DNA from: Malacoraja senta
Taxonomy: Eukaryota
Direction: 5' to 3'
Assembly (NCBI GenBank): GCA_038087875.1
Contig: CM075989.1
Coordinates: forward strand, 17,114,001-17,178,000
Length of the DNA: 64,000 nt
The notes beneath the pieces were generated by a model. It was not told the DNA's origin. It did not search any database and saw only the letters and a program-made list of their open reading frames with translations. A program made the translations under genes and the position numbers. Of the stretch, positions 35,151 through 47,300 are shown piece by piece (within the stretch, counting starts at the first letter, position 1; the number at the start of each line of letters is the position of its first letter).

Positions 35151-35864
35151 TATTCCTTTTTTTTTGTTTTCATAATATTAGAATAAGCTATAATTAGGTG
35201 TTAATAACAGTTGTCATTAGGTAACTTATCAATGGGCATTAGTCACAGGCCTCAGTTTAATGATCCTTGGTGACAGAGGAACCAATACAATAGGCATTAC
35301 TCACGGCTGCTACAGCATTGTTGGCATTCATCACTGTGATCAGTATATTGCATATTAGTCACACATCGAATGGTATTAAGGACATTAGTCACAATGACAC
35401 CAGTATAATCAGAAAGGCTCCAGTATAATGAACAACAGTTGCACAGACGTACAGATCCAGATATTAATTTACTATTTCATAATATTAAGGCAGAGCTTTG
35501 TTTCTTCCATGAAAATTGTGGTTCAATTGCAACGTCCCCACGACAGCATTGGTTAGTCAATTCACTGTACTCTGTCATCATCAGCCTGAAGTATTTCACA
35601 GATCCATTGCCTGATCTCACAGTTGACAGCAGCTAACCCTGCACACATCTTTCACTGACCAGCACCTGCTCAGAAATACAATGACACAAGAATCACTCTG
35701 CCAGCAAAAGAATAATTGCACCCATAACAAGGAGGGATAGATAGGTAGTGGGAGATTTCTCACAAAGGGATCATTTGGACGTAGAAGGCTGGTGAGGAAC
35801 AGAATCTGCAGAAGGCATCTTCTTTGAGTAGTTGCCCTGAGCTGATTCTGGCAGATCTAGAATT

Positions 35865-36045
35865 TGGCGGCACAGGGTGCAGCGGTATAATTACTGCCTC
35901 ACAGCACCAGAGGCCAGGGTTCAATCATGTCTACGGGTCCTTACCTGTATGGAGTTTTACGTTCTTCGCAGGACTTTCTCTGGGTGCTCCGGGGTCCTCC
36001 CACATTCCAAAGACATACAGGTTTGTAGGTTAATTGACTTGGTAC
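35865..36045 (+). mobile_element. HE1/V-SINE-type SINE, partial
   Basis: Head and V-domain-like body. Confidence 0.65.
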
Positions 36046-36167
36046 ATGTGCCACATGACAATAACACAACTAAACCTAATCTAAAAGGCACTTGGCAAAT
36101 AGGATTATCTTGAAGGCAATTATTTGGCCAAAACGGACATAACGGCCAAATCATAATCATAATCATA

Positions 36168-37608
36168 ATAATAATAATAATAACTTTATTTATAGAGAAC
36201 TTTAAAAACAACCACAGTTGCAACAAAGTGCGGTACATGACTAATCATGGGCAAGAAATTATTATATAACAATAAAAACATTAAACGAAAGAGTAAAAAC
36301 AATAAAATAAAAAACATTAAAAGCACTAAGAACAGGAGCAAAGTCTCAAGCAGTGACAAAAGCCAAGGAATATAAATGTGTTTTAATACTGGTTTTGAAG
36401 ATGGACAGTGAGGGGGCCTGTCTGATGTGTAACGGCAGGGTGTTCCAGAGTGCCGGAGCAGCAACAGAGAAGGCTCTATCCCCTCTGAGCTTCCGCTTAG
36501 ACCTCGGTACCTCCAGGAGCAGCTGATCAGCTGACCTGAGGCACCGGGCAGGAGCGTATGGGTGGAGCAGTTCAGAGAGGTAAGGTGGGGCGAGCCCATT
36601 TAGAGATTTAAAAACAAATAAAAGAATTTTAAAATGAACTTGAAAGTGCACCGGGAGCCAGTGGAGGGAGGCCAGAATTGTCGTTATGTGCTCCCTCTTT
36701 CGAGTTCCAGTTAAAAGGCGAGCAGCAGCATTCTGAACCAACTGGAGACGAGCCAGTGAAGATCGTGCAACTCCAAAAGAGAGTGCGTTGCAGTAATCCA
36801 GCCTAGATGTAATAAAGGCATGGATTACTGTTTCAAAATGCTGCCGCTCGAGAATGGGCTTCACCTTTGCCAGCTTCCTTAGGTGAAAGAAGCTGGACTT
36901 AACCACCGCGCCTATTTGATGATCTAATTTAAAATCACTGTCCATCCTAAAACCTAGGTTCAAAACTGTTGGCTTCACGTACCGTGCCAGTGGACCCAAG
37001 TCAACAAGGGGAGGTTCACGGCAGCCATTGGGGCCAAGCAATATCACCTCTGTCTTCTTTTCATTAAATCCTAGAAAGTTTAGGGCCATCCAGGACTTAA
37101 TGTCCTCAAGACATGACAGAAGTGATTTGACAGAAAAGGCGTCTTCCTTCCTCAGCGGTATATATAGTTGGCTATCATCAGCATAACAGTGAAAGGAGAT
37201 GCCATGCTTCCTAAGAATGGAACCCAGAGGAAGTAAGTATAGTGAGAAAAGCAGGGGCCCTAAAATTGAGCCCTGTGGAACCCCATATGACAGAGGAGCG
37301 GAGGAGGATTCAAAGCCAGCAAGGCTTACACATATGGTTCTGTCTGCCAGATAGGACCTGAACCATCCCAGGGCACTGCCACAGATGCCCACTAGGTGCT
37401 GTAACCGAGATATTAAGATACCATGGTCCACCGTATCAAAGGCGGCAGATAGGTCCAGCAAGACAAGAACCACATAATTACCAGAGTCATTTGCCAGGAG
37501 GATGTCATTAAAAACCCTTAGCAATGCTGACTCTGTGCTATGCATAGCTTTAAACCCAGACTGGAAAACCTCCCGAATATTATGCTCGTCCAAGAAGAGT
37601 TTTAGCTG
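36168..37608 (-). mobile_element. L2-clade LINE, 5'-truncated, young
   Basis: Open RT frame; 3' stem-loop GCACTTT..CAACTGTGGTTG..AAAGTTC, AATAAA, (TTA)n tail; (ATCATA)3 on both flanks (36150-36167, 37609-37626). Confidence 0.9.
36346..37593 (-). CDS. L2-clade reverse transcriptase, C-terminal 415 aa (5'-truncated, no native start)
   Basis: FQSGF..HSTESAL, LLDLSAAFDTVDH, GVPQGSILGPLLF, YADDSQLY, SRLDYCN, LHWLPV motifs; no stops or frameshifts. Confidence 0.9.
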   Translation of the reverse strand: MDEHNIREVFQSGFKAMHSTESALLRVFNDILLANDSGNYVVLVLLDLSAAFDTVDHGILISRLQHLVGICGSALGWFRSYLADRTICVSLAGFESSSAPLSYGVPQGSILGPLLFSLYLLPLGSILRKHGISFHCYADDSQLYIPLRKEDAFSVKSLLSCLEDIKSWMALNFLGFNEKKTEVILLGPNGCREPPLVDLGPLARYVKPTVLNLGFRMDSDFKLDHQIGAVVKSSFFHLRKLAKVKPILERQHFETVIHAFITSRLDYCNALSFGVARSSLARLQLVQNAAARLLTGTRKREHITTILASLHWLPVHFQVHFKILLFVFKSLNGLAPPYLSELLHPYAPARCLRSADQLLLEVPRSKRKLRGDRAFSVAAPALWNTLPLHIRQAPSLSIFKTSIKTHLYSLAFVTA

Positions 37609-38140
37609 ATCATAATCATAATCATATTTTATTAGCTAAGTATGTTTTGCAATATACGAGGAATTTCATTTGCCATACAGTCATACCAATAAAAAGCAAC
37701 AAAACACACAAAATACATTTTAACATAAACATCCACCACAGTGGCCTCCACATTCCTCACTGTGATGGAAGGGGAAAAAAAGTTCAATCTCTCCCTTCTT
37801 TGTCCTCCTGCGGTCGGGGGCCACTAACCGTCCGTTGACGGGATGATCTTACTCCCTTAGCCTGGGCGATCAAGCTCCTGCATCGGGTGGGGGGGGTCTC
37901 AGCTCCCCCGCGCCGGGCGATCTACCCCGGGTTGGGGCTAGTCGAACATCGTGCGGCTTTTGGAGCTTCCCGACGACGGTCTCAACCCGAGACTGCGAGC
38001 TTCTTGATGTTAAAGTCCGCAGGCAAGGAATCGGCTCCGATGGTAAGTCTACGCCCCGCCGTGGGGCTCAAAGTCAGTCCCGAGCAAGGCCTCCAGCTCC
38101 ACAATGTTAGACCGCAGTGCGACCGGAGATATGATACGAA
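37609..38140 (-). mobile_element. Unclassified GC/CpG-rich SINE-like element with (TATGAT)n tail
   Basis: Minus strand ends GAAATTCCTCGTAT..TTAGCTAATAAAA(TATGAT)n, resembling the Rex-type tails in this window; GC-rich non-coding body. Confidence 0.5.
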
Positions 38141-38648
38141 TAAGGTTGCCAACTCTCCCGTATTAGCTGGGACATCCCATATATTGGGTTAAATTGGTTT
38201 GTCCCAAACGGGACCGCCCTTGTCCCGTATTTGACTGCTGCTACTCGGGTCGAGGGCACTGTTGGGTGGGAGCATCACGTCCGTCCCCGCCCCACCCGTC
38301 CCGATGTAGTGCAGCCCATGGAGTGCAGCAGCAGCACCTCGCCCGTGGCCCCATCAGTCGGCAGCCCGGCCAGCTGTCCGACCTTCGAACCTTCGTTTAT
38401 GGCCGATCATCGGTTCATGAGTTTGATGGGGTGCTGGACATTACACGCGATGTCGCGCGCAAAGTCCGGCACCCGGGCCAAAACTCCTCTGCTGGCCCGC
38501 CGACTGGGCTTTGTGTGCAGTCCAGCACCCGGGCCAACTCATCATTCACCCAGCCACGGGCGAGTCGGTCAACGAATTGCCGTCGGGAATTTGTCCATTA
38601 TTTCGACCTTTTGTCCCTTATTTGGGAGTGAGAAAGTTGGCATCCCTA
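38141..38648. mobile_element. hAT (Tip100-like) MITE
   Basis: TIRs TAAGGTTGCCAACT / AGTTGGCATCCCTA; 8-bp TSD GATACGAA (38133-38140) vs GATACAAA (38649-38656); subterminal TTGTCCC repeats. Confidence 0.85.
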
Positions 38649-39403
38649 GATACAAATAACCACCTTCATAAATTTTCATGCTGTAAATTTCTATGATTCC
38701 ATCTCCAAACGAAATACACGGTTATGCATGAATTTGCAGCCATAAGTTTTGCAACAGATCTTATTATTGTTTCAGGTGTAGTAATGTTCAGTATTCATTC
38801 CTGATTGAATTATTCTAATGTGTCTTCGGCATGTTAAGAAACGGTAGCAAATTCATTGAAATGTTTAAGGCAGAGCTGAGTGAAGTGATTTTTGTTTTAC
38901 ACTGAACCATTAAAGGCCATAAAATATATCTGCTCGGGAATCTCTCTCTCCATGCTGTGAGATTGAGTCATTGGTATTGCAGAATTATCCTCCACACTGT
39001 CAAAAAGCAGCTATGTTTAATAAAAGGCATCATTTCAAGACAACACTTATTAAAGTAAATATGCAATTCCCCGGAATATCGATAGTTTCCAGTTCACATG
39101 CCTTACTATGGCAGCCCATTATCAATGAGTCATTGCATGCCCTTATTTTCCAGATGATGTATTATATAGTAGAAAAAACATAGTTGTGTGGAGATAAATT
39201 ATTGATTCTAAGTACGTATGGTTTTGCAAACTCTTTCCAGTTGCAACTCCGTTCTCAACTGTTCTTTATGATGAAATTCAGTTGGCTATTTTCTCTGTTA
39301 TTGTAGCGCAAAGAGTTATCGATCATAAAACTAACCCTCAATTATAAAATAATCAGTTACACACTGCATTGCAGTCTGCAGCCACCATAAAAACATGAAC
39401 CTT

Positions 39404-39499
39404 GCGGGTGACACAGAGTTGCAATGAATGAGGCTGTTACCTCACAGCGCCAGATACCTGGGTTCAGTCCACGCCTCGGGTGCTGTCTTTGTGGAGTTT

Positions 39500-39573
<74 letters not shown>

Positions 39574-39810
39574 GGATTTCCTTTGGGTGCTCTACTTTCC
39601 TCCTACATCCCAAAGACGGATGGGTTGGTAAGTTAATTGGTCGCTGTAAATTGTCCCTAATGTGTAGGTGAGTGGTAGAATCGAGAGGGAGTTAATGAGA
39701 AAGTGGAGAGAATTAAAAAATGGGGTTGATGTAGGATTAATGTAAGTGGGTAGTAAATGGTTGGTGCAGATTCAATGGGCCAAAGTGCCTGCTTCCTCTC
39801 TACGACTCTA
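39404..39810 (+). mobile_element. Older HE1/V-SINE-type SINE containing a (CA)n tract at 39501-39572
   Basis: SINE modules on both sides of the microsatellite. Confidence 0.7.
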
Positions 39811-40305
39811 CAATAGTCCAACAAAAAAGATTCCACTTTACTAGATTACAGCACAGAAAATCATCCTGCTGTGCTGTAGAGTCAACTGGCTGAGAATGCT
39901 TCAGCTCATGGCTGATCTATCAGAGAGGGAATGGGATGGCAGTTGACCAGAAGCTCAGGGGCACTCATGCAGACTGAGCGTGGGTGGTCAGTAAAGCATT
40001 CATCCAATTTGTGCTTCGTTTCTCCAGCATAGAGGAGACCAAATGCAATACATTAGATTGGAAGAAGTGAAAGTGAATCATTGCTCATCTAGAATGATTG
40101 TTTAGGTCCCCGGATGGTTGGAAGATGTGGCGTCTTCTCTGTATCTGAAATTTATCTGCTTTCTCTTTCCATGGATGCTGCTTAACTGAGTTATTTTGGC
40201 ATTTCTGCTTTTGTTCCAGACTCCAGCATCTGCAGTTTCATTTGATTTTTATTCTATGTCCCCCCTAGTTCCCACCATTAATAAGGGCAGTTTCTCTTTA
40301 TATGA

Positions 40306-40675
40306 TGTGTAGGAAGGAACTGCAGATGCTGGTTCACACTGAAGATAGACACAAAATGCTGGAGTAACTCAGCGGGTCAGGCAGCATCTCTGGAGAAAAG
40401 GAATAGGTGACGTTTCAGATTGAGACCCTTCTTCAGACAGATAGGAAACTAGAGGTATGAAAAAGTACAAAAAGTAAACGAATGAAAGATTTGAAAAGAA
40501 CAAATCAAAGCCAGCAATGATGATCAGGAAATGGTGGGGCCCACAATGGTCCATTGTTGGCTGTGGAAAAGGTGATATGGAGTGGATACAAAACAGTGAA
40601 ACCAAGCAAGACGGCAGTGAAACTAGCAGGATGACTAGGGTGGGTGCGGGAGGGACGGAGAGAGAGGGAATGCAT
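40306..40675 (-). mobile_element. Penelope-like 3' end with degenerate hammerhead motif
   Basis: Complete terminal repeat ending CAGCATCTGCAGTTCCTTCCTACAC on the minus strand; GTCTGAAGAAGGGTCTCAATCTGAAACGTCACC. Confidence 0.75.
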
Positions 40676-40986
40676 CTGACTGCAGCCTTCATGATTTAAA
40701 TATCTCTCTCAAATTTCCTCACAGCTTCTACTATTCCTGTAGGGAAAACTGCAGCTTCTCCATTCTACCCAAATAAGTCCCTGAAATCATTTTTGTAAAT
40801 CTCTCTTGCACTCTCGGCAAAGCCTCTCCAAAAGGGTGGTGCCCACCACTGGCTCAACTGGTGTTTCATAAATTAGCTTCATAATGACGTCCTTACCATT
40901 GTACACACAGCTTCTTCTATTAGGCCCACTCACCTGTCTGCCTATTTTGTTCACCTCCTCAATATGTCCTGATACTTTCAACAAAG

Positions 40987-41419
40987 TTGGTTTATACTCT
41001 CTAGAATTTAGGAGATTGAGAGGGGATCTTATAGAAACTTACAAAATTCTTAAGGGGTTGGACAGGCTAGATGCAGGAAGATTGCTCCCGATGTTGGGGA
41101 AGTCCAGGACAAGGGGTCACAGCTTAAGGATAAGGGGGAAATCCTTTAAAACCGAGATGAGAAGAACTTTTTTCACACAGAGAGTGGTGAATCTCTGGAA
41201 CTCTCTGCCACAGAGGGTAGTCAAGGCCAGTTCATTGGCTATATTTAAGAGGGAGTTAGATGTGGCCCTTGTGGCTAAAGGGATCAGAGGGTATGGAGAG
41301 AAGGCAGGTACGGGATACTGAGTTGCATGATCAGCCATGATCATATTGAATGGCGGTGCAGGCTCGAAGTGCCAAATGGCCTACTCCTGCACCTAATTTC
41401 TATGTTTCTATGTTTCTAT
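40987..41419 (+). mobile_element. Young CR1 3' fragment nested in an old minus-strand CR1 (about 40700-41640)
   Basis: GLYSLEFRRLRGDLIETYKI..RTRGHS..FFTQRVVNLWNSLP open to the stop; (TTTCTATG)n tail. Confidence 0.9.
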
Positions 41420-41639
41420 ACCCCAGATCCCTCTGTTCTAATAAACTTTACAATTATCTCTACTGTTTACATTGCCTCTACTTATTCTTCCTCCCGAAAT
41501 GCAATACTTTGCATTTTTCAGTATTCATTTTTTCTCACGTTCCACTAACTTGTCCACATCTCTTTGGTCTACTACGATCCTCTTTGCAGTTCACTATTTC
41601 TCCTGACGTTATGCCATCTGTAAGTTTACAGCAGTGAAA

Positions 41640-41940
41640 GGCTCAACCCATGCATTGGATCCTTGACTTCCTCATCGGCAAACCTCAATCAGTTTCAATG
41701 GGCAGCATCACTCTCTCCTTGATGACCAGGGTCACCTCAAGGCTGTGGACCAGTCCCCTGCTCTACTCCCTCTGTACCTGGACAGTGTAGCCAGATACAG
41801 CCCCAACGCCATCTTTAAATTCACCACCTTTGTTGGATGAATAACCAGCAACGATCAGTCCAAGTACTTGGGGGAAAATTGTATATTTATTGTGTTAACG
41901 TGACTATAAAGCTACAGCAAGTAAGATTTCCATTGTGCAG
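41640..41940 (+). mobile_element. Degraded Rex1/Babar-type RT fragment
   Basis: TGGATCCTTGACTTCCTC (WILDFL), CCTCAAGGCTGT (PQGC), CCCCTGCTCTACTCCCT (PLLYS). Confidence 0.55.
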
Positions 41941-42080
41941 GAGAGAACTGCAGATGCTGGTTTAAATCGAAGATAGACACAAATGCTGAAGTACTATAAC
42001 TCAGCAGGACTGGCAGCATCTCTGGAGAGACCATTCTTTTTCACGATTTTCATTGTTCTTTTCCTGGTGCCCGTGCGAAT

Positions 42081-42127
42081 TACATAGATACATAGGTACA
42101 TAGAAAATAGGTGCAGGAGTAGGCCAA
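42081..42127 (-). mobile_element. Young CR1 3' tail abutting the gap
   Basis: Reverse complement of TGGCCTACTCCTGCACCTATTTTCTATGTA.CTATGTATCTATGT at 43684-43728. Confidence 0.8.
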
Positions 42128-42130
42128 ATT

Positions 42131-42330
42131 NNNNNNNNNNNNNNNNNNNNNNNNNNNNNNNNNNNNNNNNNNNNNNNNNNNNNNNNNNNNNNNNNNNNNN
42201 NNNNNNNNNNNNNNNNNNNNNNNNNNNNNNNNNNNNNNNNNNNNNNNNNNNNNNNNNNNNNNNNNNNNNNNNNNNNNNNNNNNNNNNNNNNNNNNNNNNN
42301 NNNNNNNNNNNNNNNNNNNNNNNNNNNNNN
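42131..42330. other. Assembly gap (200 N)
   Basis: Run of N. Confidence 1.
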
Positions 42331-42979
42331 CATTCCCTCATCGACCCTTTCTGTTTCTTCATCAAAACTCTGCACCAAATTACAGCAGTTGAACAGGATT
42401 TTTCATGCTCGTTTTTTAGAATCAATCCACACTTGTCCAAGTGACTTATAGGCCTGCCCCTGATTATTGTTTCTCCTCACCTATCTTCACCTTCGGAACG
42501 CAGCTCCACAAGTGAGGTCATTAATCCCCGATACCAAATCCGATGCAACAATTGATTTCCATCTCCATTGACCTCTAGTCTTGCTCCATGTCAGCAGTAA
42601 AGTATGGACCCTTCATACTGAAGCTGCCACATCTACTAGCAATATATCTCAATGTAACTGGCAGCCATCAAATAAACACCTCATGTTCAGCTGTAATTCT
42701 CCACCATTACCCATGGTAGCAGGCAAAGCTTGATTCTGCACATCACATTTTATTGCTTTTACAATAACCGATGGTCACTTTTCCAAGATTTATAATTAAA
42801 TATCCCAATAACATTCTTTATGGTATTTGCTTGCTCTGAGGTTTAATTAAATCCAAGTTTATAATGGATCTAAACTTAATTCTGATTATTGGAAACTGTT
42901 CTATTTAACTTGGTGTGAATGTGCTAACAAAGTGGTTTGGAAGAAAGTAGTCTGGGCCACTGGCAACTGAGAAGCCCTT

Positions 42980-43074
42980 CTCACCACTGTGTCACATCCC
43001 TGTGCACTTATCACCACTGTGATACACTATTCATACACCATCCTTGCACGCTGCCGACCCATGTTATACTCCCC
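42980..43074. repeat. Degenerate minisatellite, left segment (continues 43729-43886 and 50155-50430)
   Basis: Recurrent CACACTGCTCACCACYGTGTYACACTCCCCATTCCC-like units. Confidence 0.65.
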
Positions 43075-43728
43075 GTATGTTGGCCTTCATAGCAAGAGGA
43101 TTTGAGTATAGGAGCAGGGAGGTTCTACTGCAGTTGTACAGGGTCTTGGTGAGACCACACCTGGAGTATTGCGTACAGTTTTGGTCTCCAAATCTGAGGA
43201 AGGACATTATAGCCATAGAGGGAGTGCAGAGAAGGTTCACCAGACTGATTCCTGGGATGTCAGGACTTTCATATGAAGAAAGACTGGATAGACTTGGCTT
43301 ATACTCGCTAGAATTTAGGAGATTGAGAGGGGATCTTATAGAAACGTACAAAATTCTTATGGGGTTGGACAGGCTAGATGCAGGAAGATTGTTCCCGATG
43401 TTGGGGAAGTCCAGGACAAGGGGTCACAGCTTAAGGATAAGGGGGAAATCCTTTAAGACCGAGATGAGGAAAACCTTTTTCACACAGAGAGTGGTGAATC
43501 TCTGGAACTCTCTGCCACAGAGGGTAGTTGAGGCCAGTTCATTGGCTATATTTAAGAGGGAGTTAGATGTGGCCCTTGTGGCTAAAGGGATCAGGGGGTA
43601 TGGAGAGAAGGCAGGTACGGGATACTGAGTTGGATGATCAGCCATGATCATATTGAATGGCGGTGCAGGCTCGAAGGGCCGAATGGCCTACTCCTGCACC
43701 TATTTTCTATGTATCTATGTATCTATGT
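43075..43728 (+). mobile_element. Young CR1 LINE, 5'-truncated, open C-terminal frame
   Basis: MLAFIARGFEYRSREVLLQLYRVLVRPHLEYCVQFWSP...GTGY*; (ATCTATGT)n tail; near-identical to 40987-41419. Confidence 0.92.
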
Positions 43729-44309
43729 TCCTCATCCCTGCACACTGTTCACCACTGCAATATGGTCTTCATACCCTATCTACGCACACTGCTCACCACC
43801 GTGTGACGCTCCCCATTCCCCATCCCTGGCCACTGTCATCGTTGTTAAACTCCTCATTCACTGTACCCACCCTATCCACCATTGTTTTTTTTTTTTTTTT
43901 TTTGTTTTTTTTAAATTTTTATTTATTAGAAGTACATTACATTACAACCACATACATTAATACTCGTCATTTATATCTTCTTACAATTAATGTACTCCCT
44001 TTATTTATTTTTTTACACTAGAAAAAGAAAAGATTGAAAGAGAGAAGAAAGTGAAGGAAAAAGTGCAAGTGTAGAAAAGTGTAGAAAATGTAACAACAAA
44101 AAAGGACGAAGACCCTATAAGAGCGAAATTAAAAACAAAAAGAAAAAGAGTTAAGAAATAGGCCCTAAGAAAAGAAAAGAGAAAGAGAAAAAAAGAGAAA
44201 CAAATGTTTTTTTTTTTGAGCATCACGTAAATAGGACATACCAACTCTTCAACTATCACCCCCCCTTACCTGACCTCAATTTTTTATTTTTTTAAAGTAC
44301 TTTTGCACC

Positions 44310-47300
44310 CTATGTTTGTAATAATTCTATAAATGCAGACCACGTCAGGTGGAAGTGATCTGGTTTACCTGCTAGGAGGAGTCTTATCTCTTCAAGGTGT
44401 AATGTTTCAAACATATTTGAAATCCACATATTTATAGTTGGTATTGGAGCCTTCTTCCAAAATTTTAGAATTAGCTTTTTTCCAGTTATTAACCCATAGT
44501 CCATTAATTTCTTTTGAAACACATTTAGTTCTGGATCATCTTCCGTTATTCCGAAGATAATCCATTCTGCTTTGGGTATCAGTCTTGTTTTAAATAACTT
44601 TGTAAAGATTTCAAAAATTTCATTCCAAAATTTTTGAATTTTTGTACAGAAGACAAATGAGTGCGCTATAGTTGCTTCTTGGGATTGACATTTATCACAA
44701 ATAGATGATACGTTTGGGAAAATTTTATGAATTTTAGTTTTCGAATAATATAATCTATGTAAAATTTTAAATTGTATTAAAGTGTGTCTTACATTAATCG
44801 AGCATTTATGCACTTTTAATAAGTATTCATTCCAACTTTCCTTTGAAATTTTAATAGCTAACTCTTGTTCCCAGTCTCTTCTGATACCCTCCGTAGATGG
44901 TATTTGTGCATTTAAGATAATATTATACAAATATGATATTAAGTTTGCTGATTCCGCTTTTATCTGCATTGCCTCGTCCAGTACATCTGCTGGGTTATTA
45001 TAATGATCTTTTGTATATTTTTTCAAATAGTCGCATATTTGAAAGTATTTAAAATATTGATTATTTCCGAGTTTATATTTTATTTGTAATTGTTGAAATG
45101 AAAGTAATTTTCCAGTTTCATACAAGTCACCAAGCGTTTTAATTCCTAGTCTATCCCATTGTGTATAAGCATTATCTATAATAGAAGGACTAAACAAAGG
45201 GTTATTGACTATAGGTAATAAAAGTGATAAGTTTCTTAATTTTAAATTTTGTTTTATTTGTTTCCAAATACGGATTGTACTATGAATAATTGGGTTCTTA
45301 TTATAGTTTATGTTATTCAATTTCATTGGAGAGAGGAGGATCGCTCCAATGTTTCTAGAGGAGCAATCCTCTTTCTCCATTACAATCCAGTCTACTTGCT
45401 GGGCGGAGTTATCCATCAGTTGAATCATGTTTTTAATATTTACTGACCAATAATAATACATAAAATTAGGTAGTGCTAGACCCCCCAATACTTTAGGTTT
45501 ATTCAGATGGGTTTTTTGTATTCTATGTGATTTATAGTCCCATATAAAATTAGTGATATCTGAGTCGAGTTTTTTAAAAAACTTCTTAGGTAAGTATATA
45601 GGAATTGATTGAAATAGGTATAAAATTTGTGGTAAAAAGATCATTTTTATTGCGTTTATTCGGCCTATTAAAGACATCGGGAGCGTTTTCCAGAATTTAA
45701 TTAATGTATTCAGTTTATTAAGTAGGGGGTCAAAATTTGCCCTGAACATACCTTGATATGTTCTGGTAATTTCGATTCCCAAATATTAAAATTTTTCTGT
45801 AGCTATTTTAAAAGGGAATTTTAAAAGATGTGTTGAATCTTTCGGTTTTATTGACATAATTTCACTTTTATTCCAATTTATTCTATATCCAGAAAAAGAT
45901 CCGAAGTCTTCAATTAAATTTAATATATTTGGTATAGTGATTTGAGGTTTTGTAATATACAATAATATATCATCCGCGTATAAAGATATTTTATTATATG
46001 AGTCTTTAGTATTATATCCATGAATATCAGGGTGTATTCTAATTTTTTCTGCTAGCGGTTCAATAATGAGAGCAAACAGCTGTGGTGATAATGAGCATCC
46101 TTGTCTATTTCCCCTTGATAGTTGAAATTTCGAGGATAATATGTTATTAGTAAGTATTCTAGCTGTAGGTTTGTTATATAGTAACTTAATCCATAAAATA
46201 AAATTCTCTCCCAGTTGAAATTTTTGTAATACTTTATCCATATAATTCCATTCTACTTGATCAAATGCTTTTTCAGCATCCAGCGAAATAATTGATAATT
46301 CTTGATCTTCAGATTTGTGTGAGTGCATTATGTTGAGTAGACGTCTCATATTATTAGAAGAGTATCTCTTAGGGATAAACCCTGTCTGATCTGGGTTTAT
46401 TAATTTACTAATGTATTTACTTAATCTTCTGGCTAATGTTTTCGCTAATATTTTTTGATCTGTGTTTAACAATGCTATAGCTCTATATGAGCCAGGTTCT
46501 TCTAAATCCTTATTTTTCTTAGGTATTAATGTAATCGTTGATTCCGCTAATGTATCAGGTAGTATTCGTTTTTTAAAAGCGTATTGGTACATTTTTTGTA
46601 ATCTTGGTATTATTTTATCATAAAAGCTTTTATAAAATTCATTAGTAAATCCATCAGGGCCTGGTGTTTTTCCATTTTTTAGTGAGTTTATTGTATCTTC
46701 TAATTCCTTAATTGAGATTTGTGCACCCAGTTCCTCTTGTTCCTTCAGCTCTAACTTTGGAAGATTACAGGTATCCAAGAACTTTGTGATATTATTGGAA
46801 TCAATTATCGTTTTAGATGTATACAAATTCTCGTAAAATTGCGCAAATCTTTTATTAATATCCTTCGGTGTTGTTAATAATTCCCCTTTATCTGATTTGA
46901 TCTTTGGTATAGTATGTTCCTTTTCTCGTTTTTTTAGCTGGCGAGCCAAAAGTTTATGCGGTTTATCCCCAAATTCAAAGTGCTCTTGTTTTGTAATTTG
47001 AAAAAGTCTTATAAGTTTGGCAGATAATAATTTATTTAATTTAAATTTTAAAATTATTATTTTATTATGTTTATCTATTGATGGATCTTTAGCATTATCT
47101 ATATCCATTTGTCTAATAAGTTCTTCTAACTGTCTTTGTTCATTCTTATTCTTTTTATTTTGAAAAGCTTGATATGAAATTATAATACCCCTAATGTATG
47201 CTTTAAAAGATTCCCAAAGTAAAGTAGGCGATATATCTGAAGTATCATTTGTTTGAAAAAAGACCTCCATTTGTTCTTTTAAATATATACTCGCTTGTGG

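Noticed and set aside
37887..38659. Several 100-145 aa GC-rich ORFs and CpG-island-like composition
   Set aside because: Lie within a SINE-like element and a hAT MITE; no protein motifs and no evidence of a host promoter
41994..42440. ORFs spanning the N run
   Set aside because: Artefacts of the assembly gap
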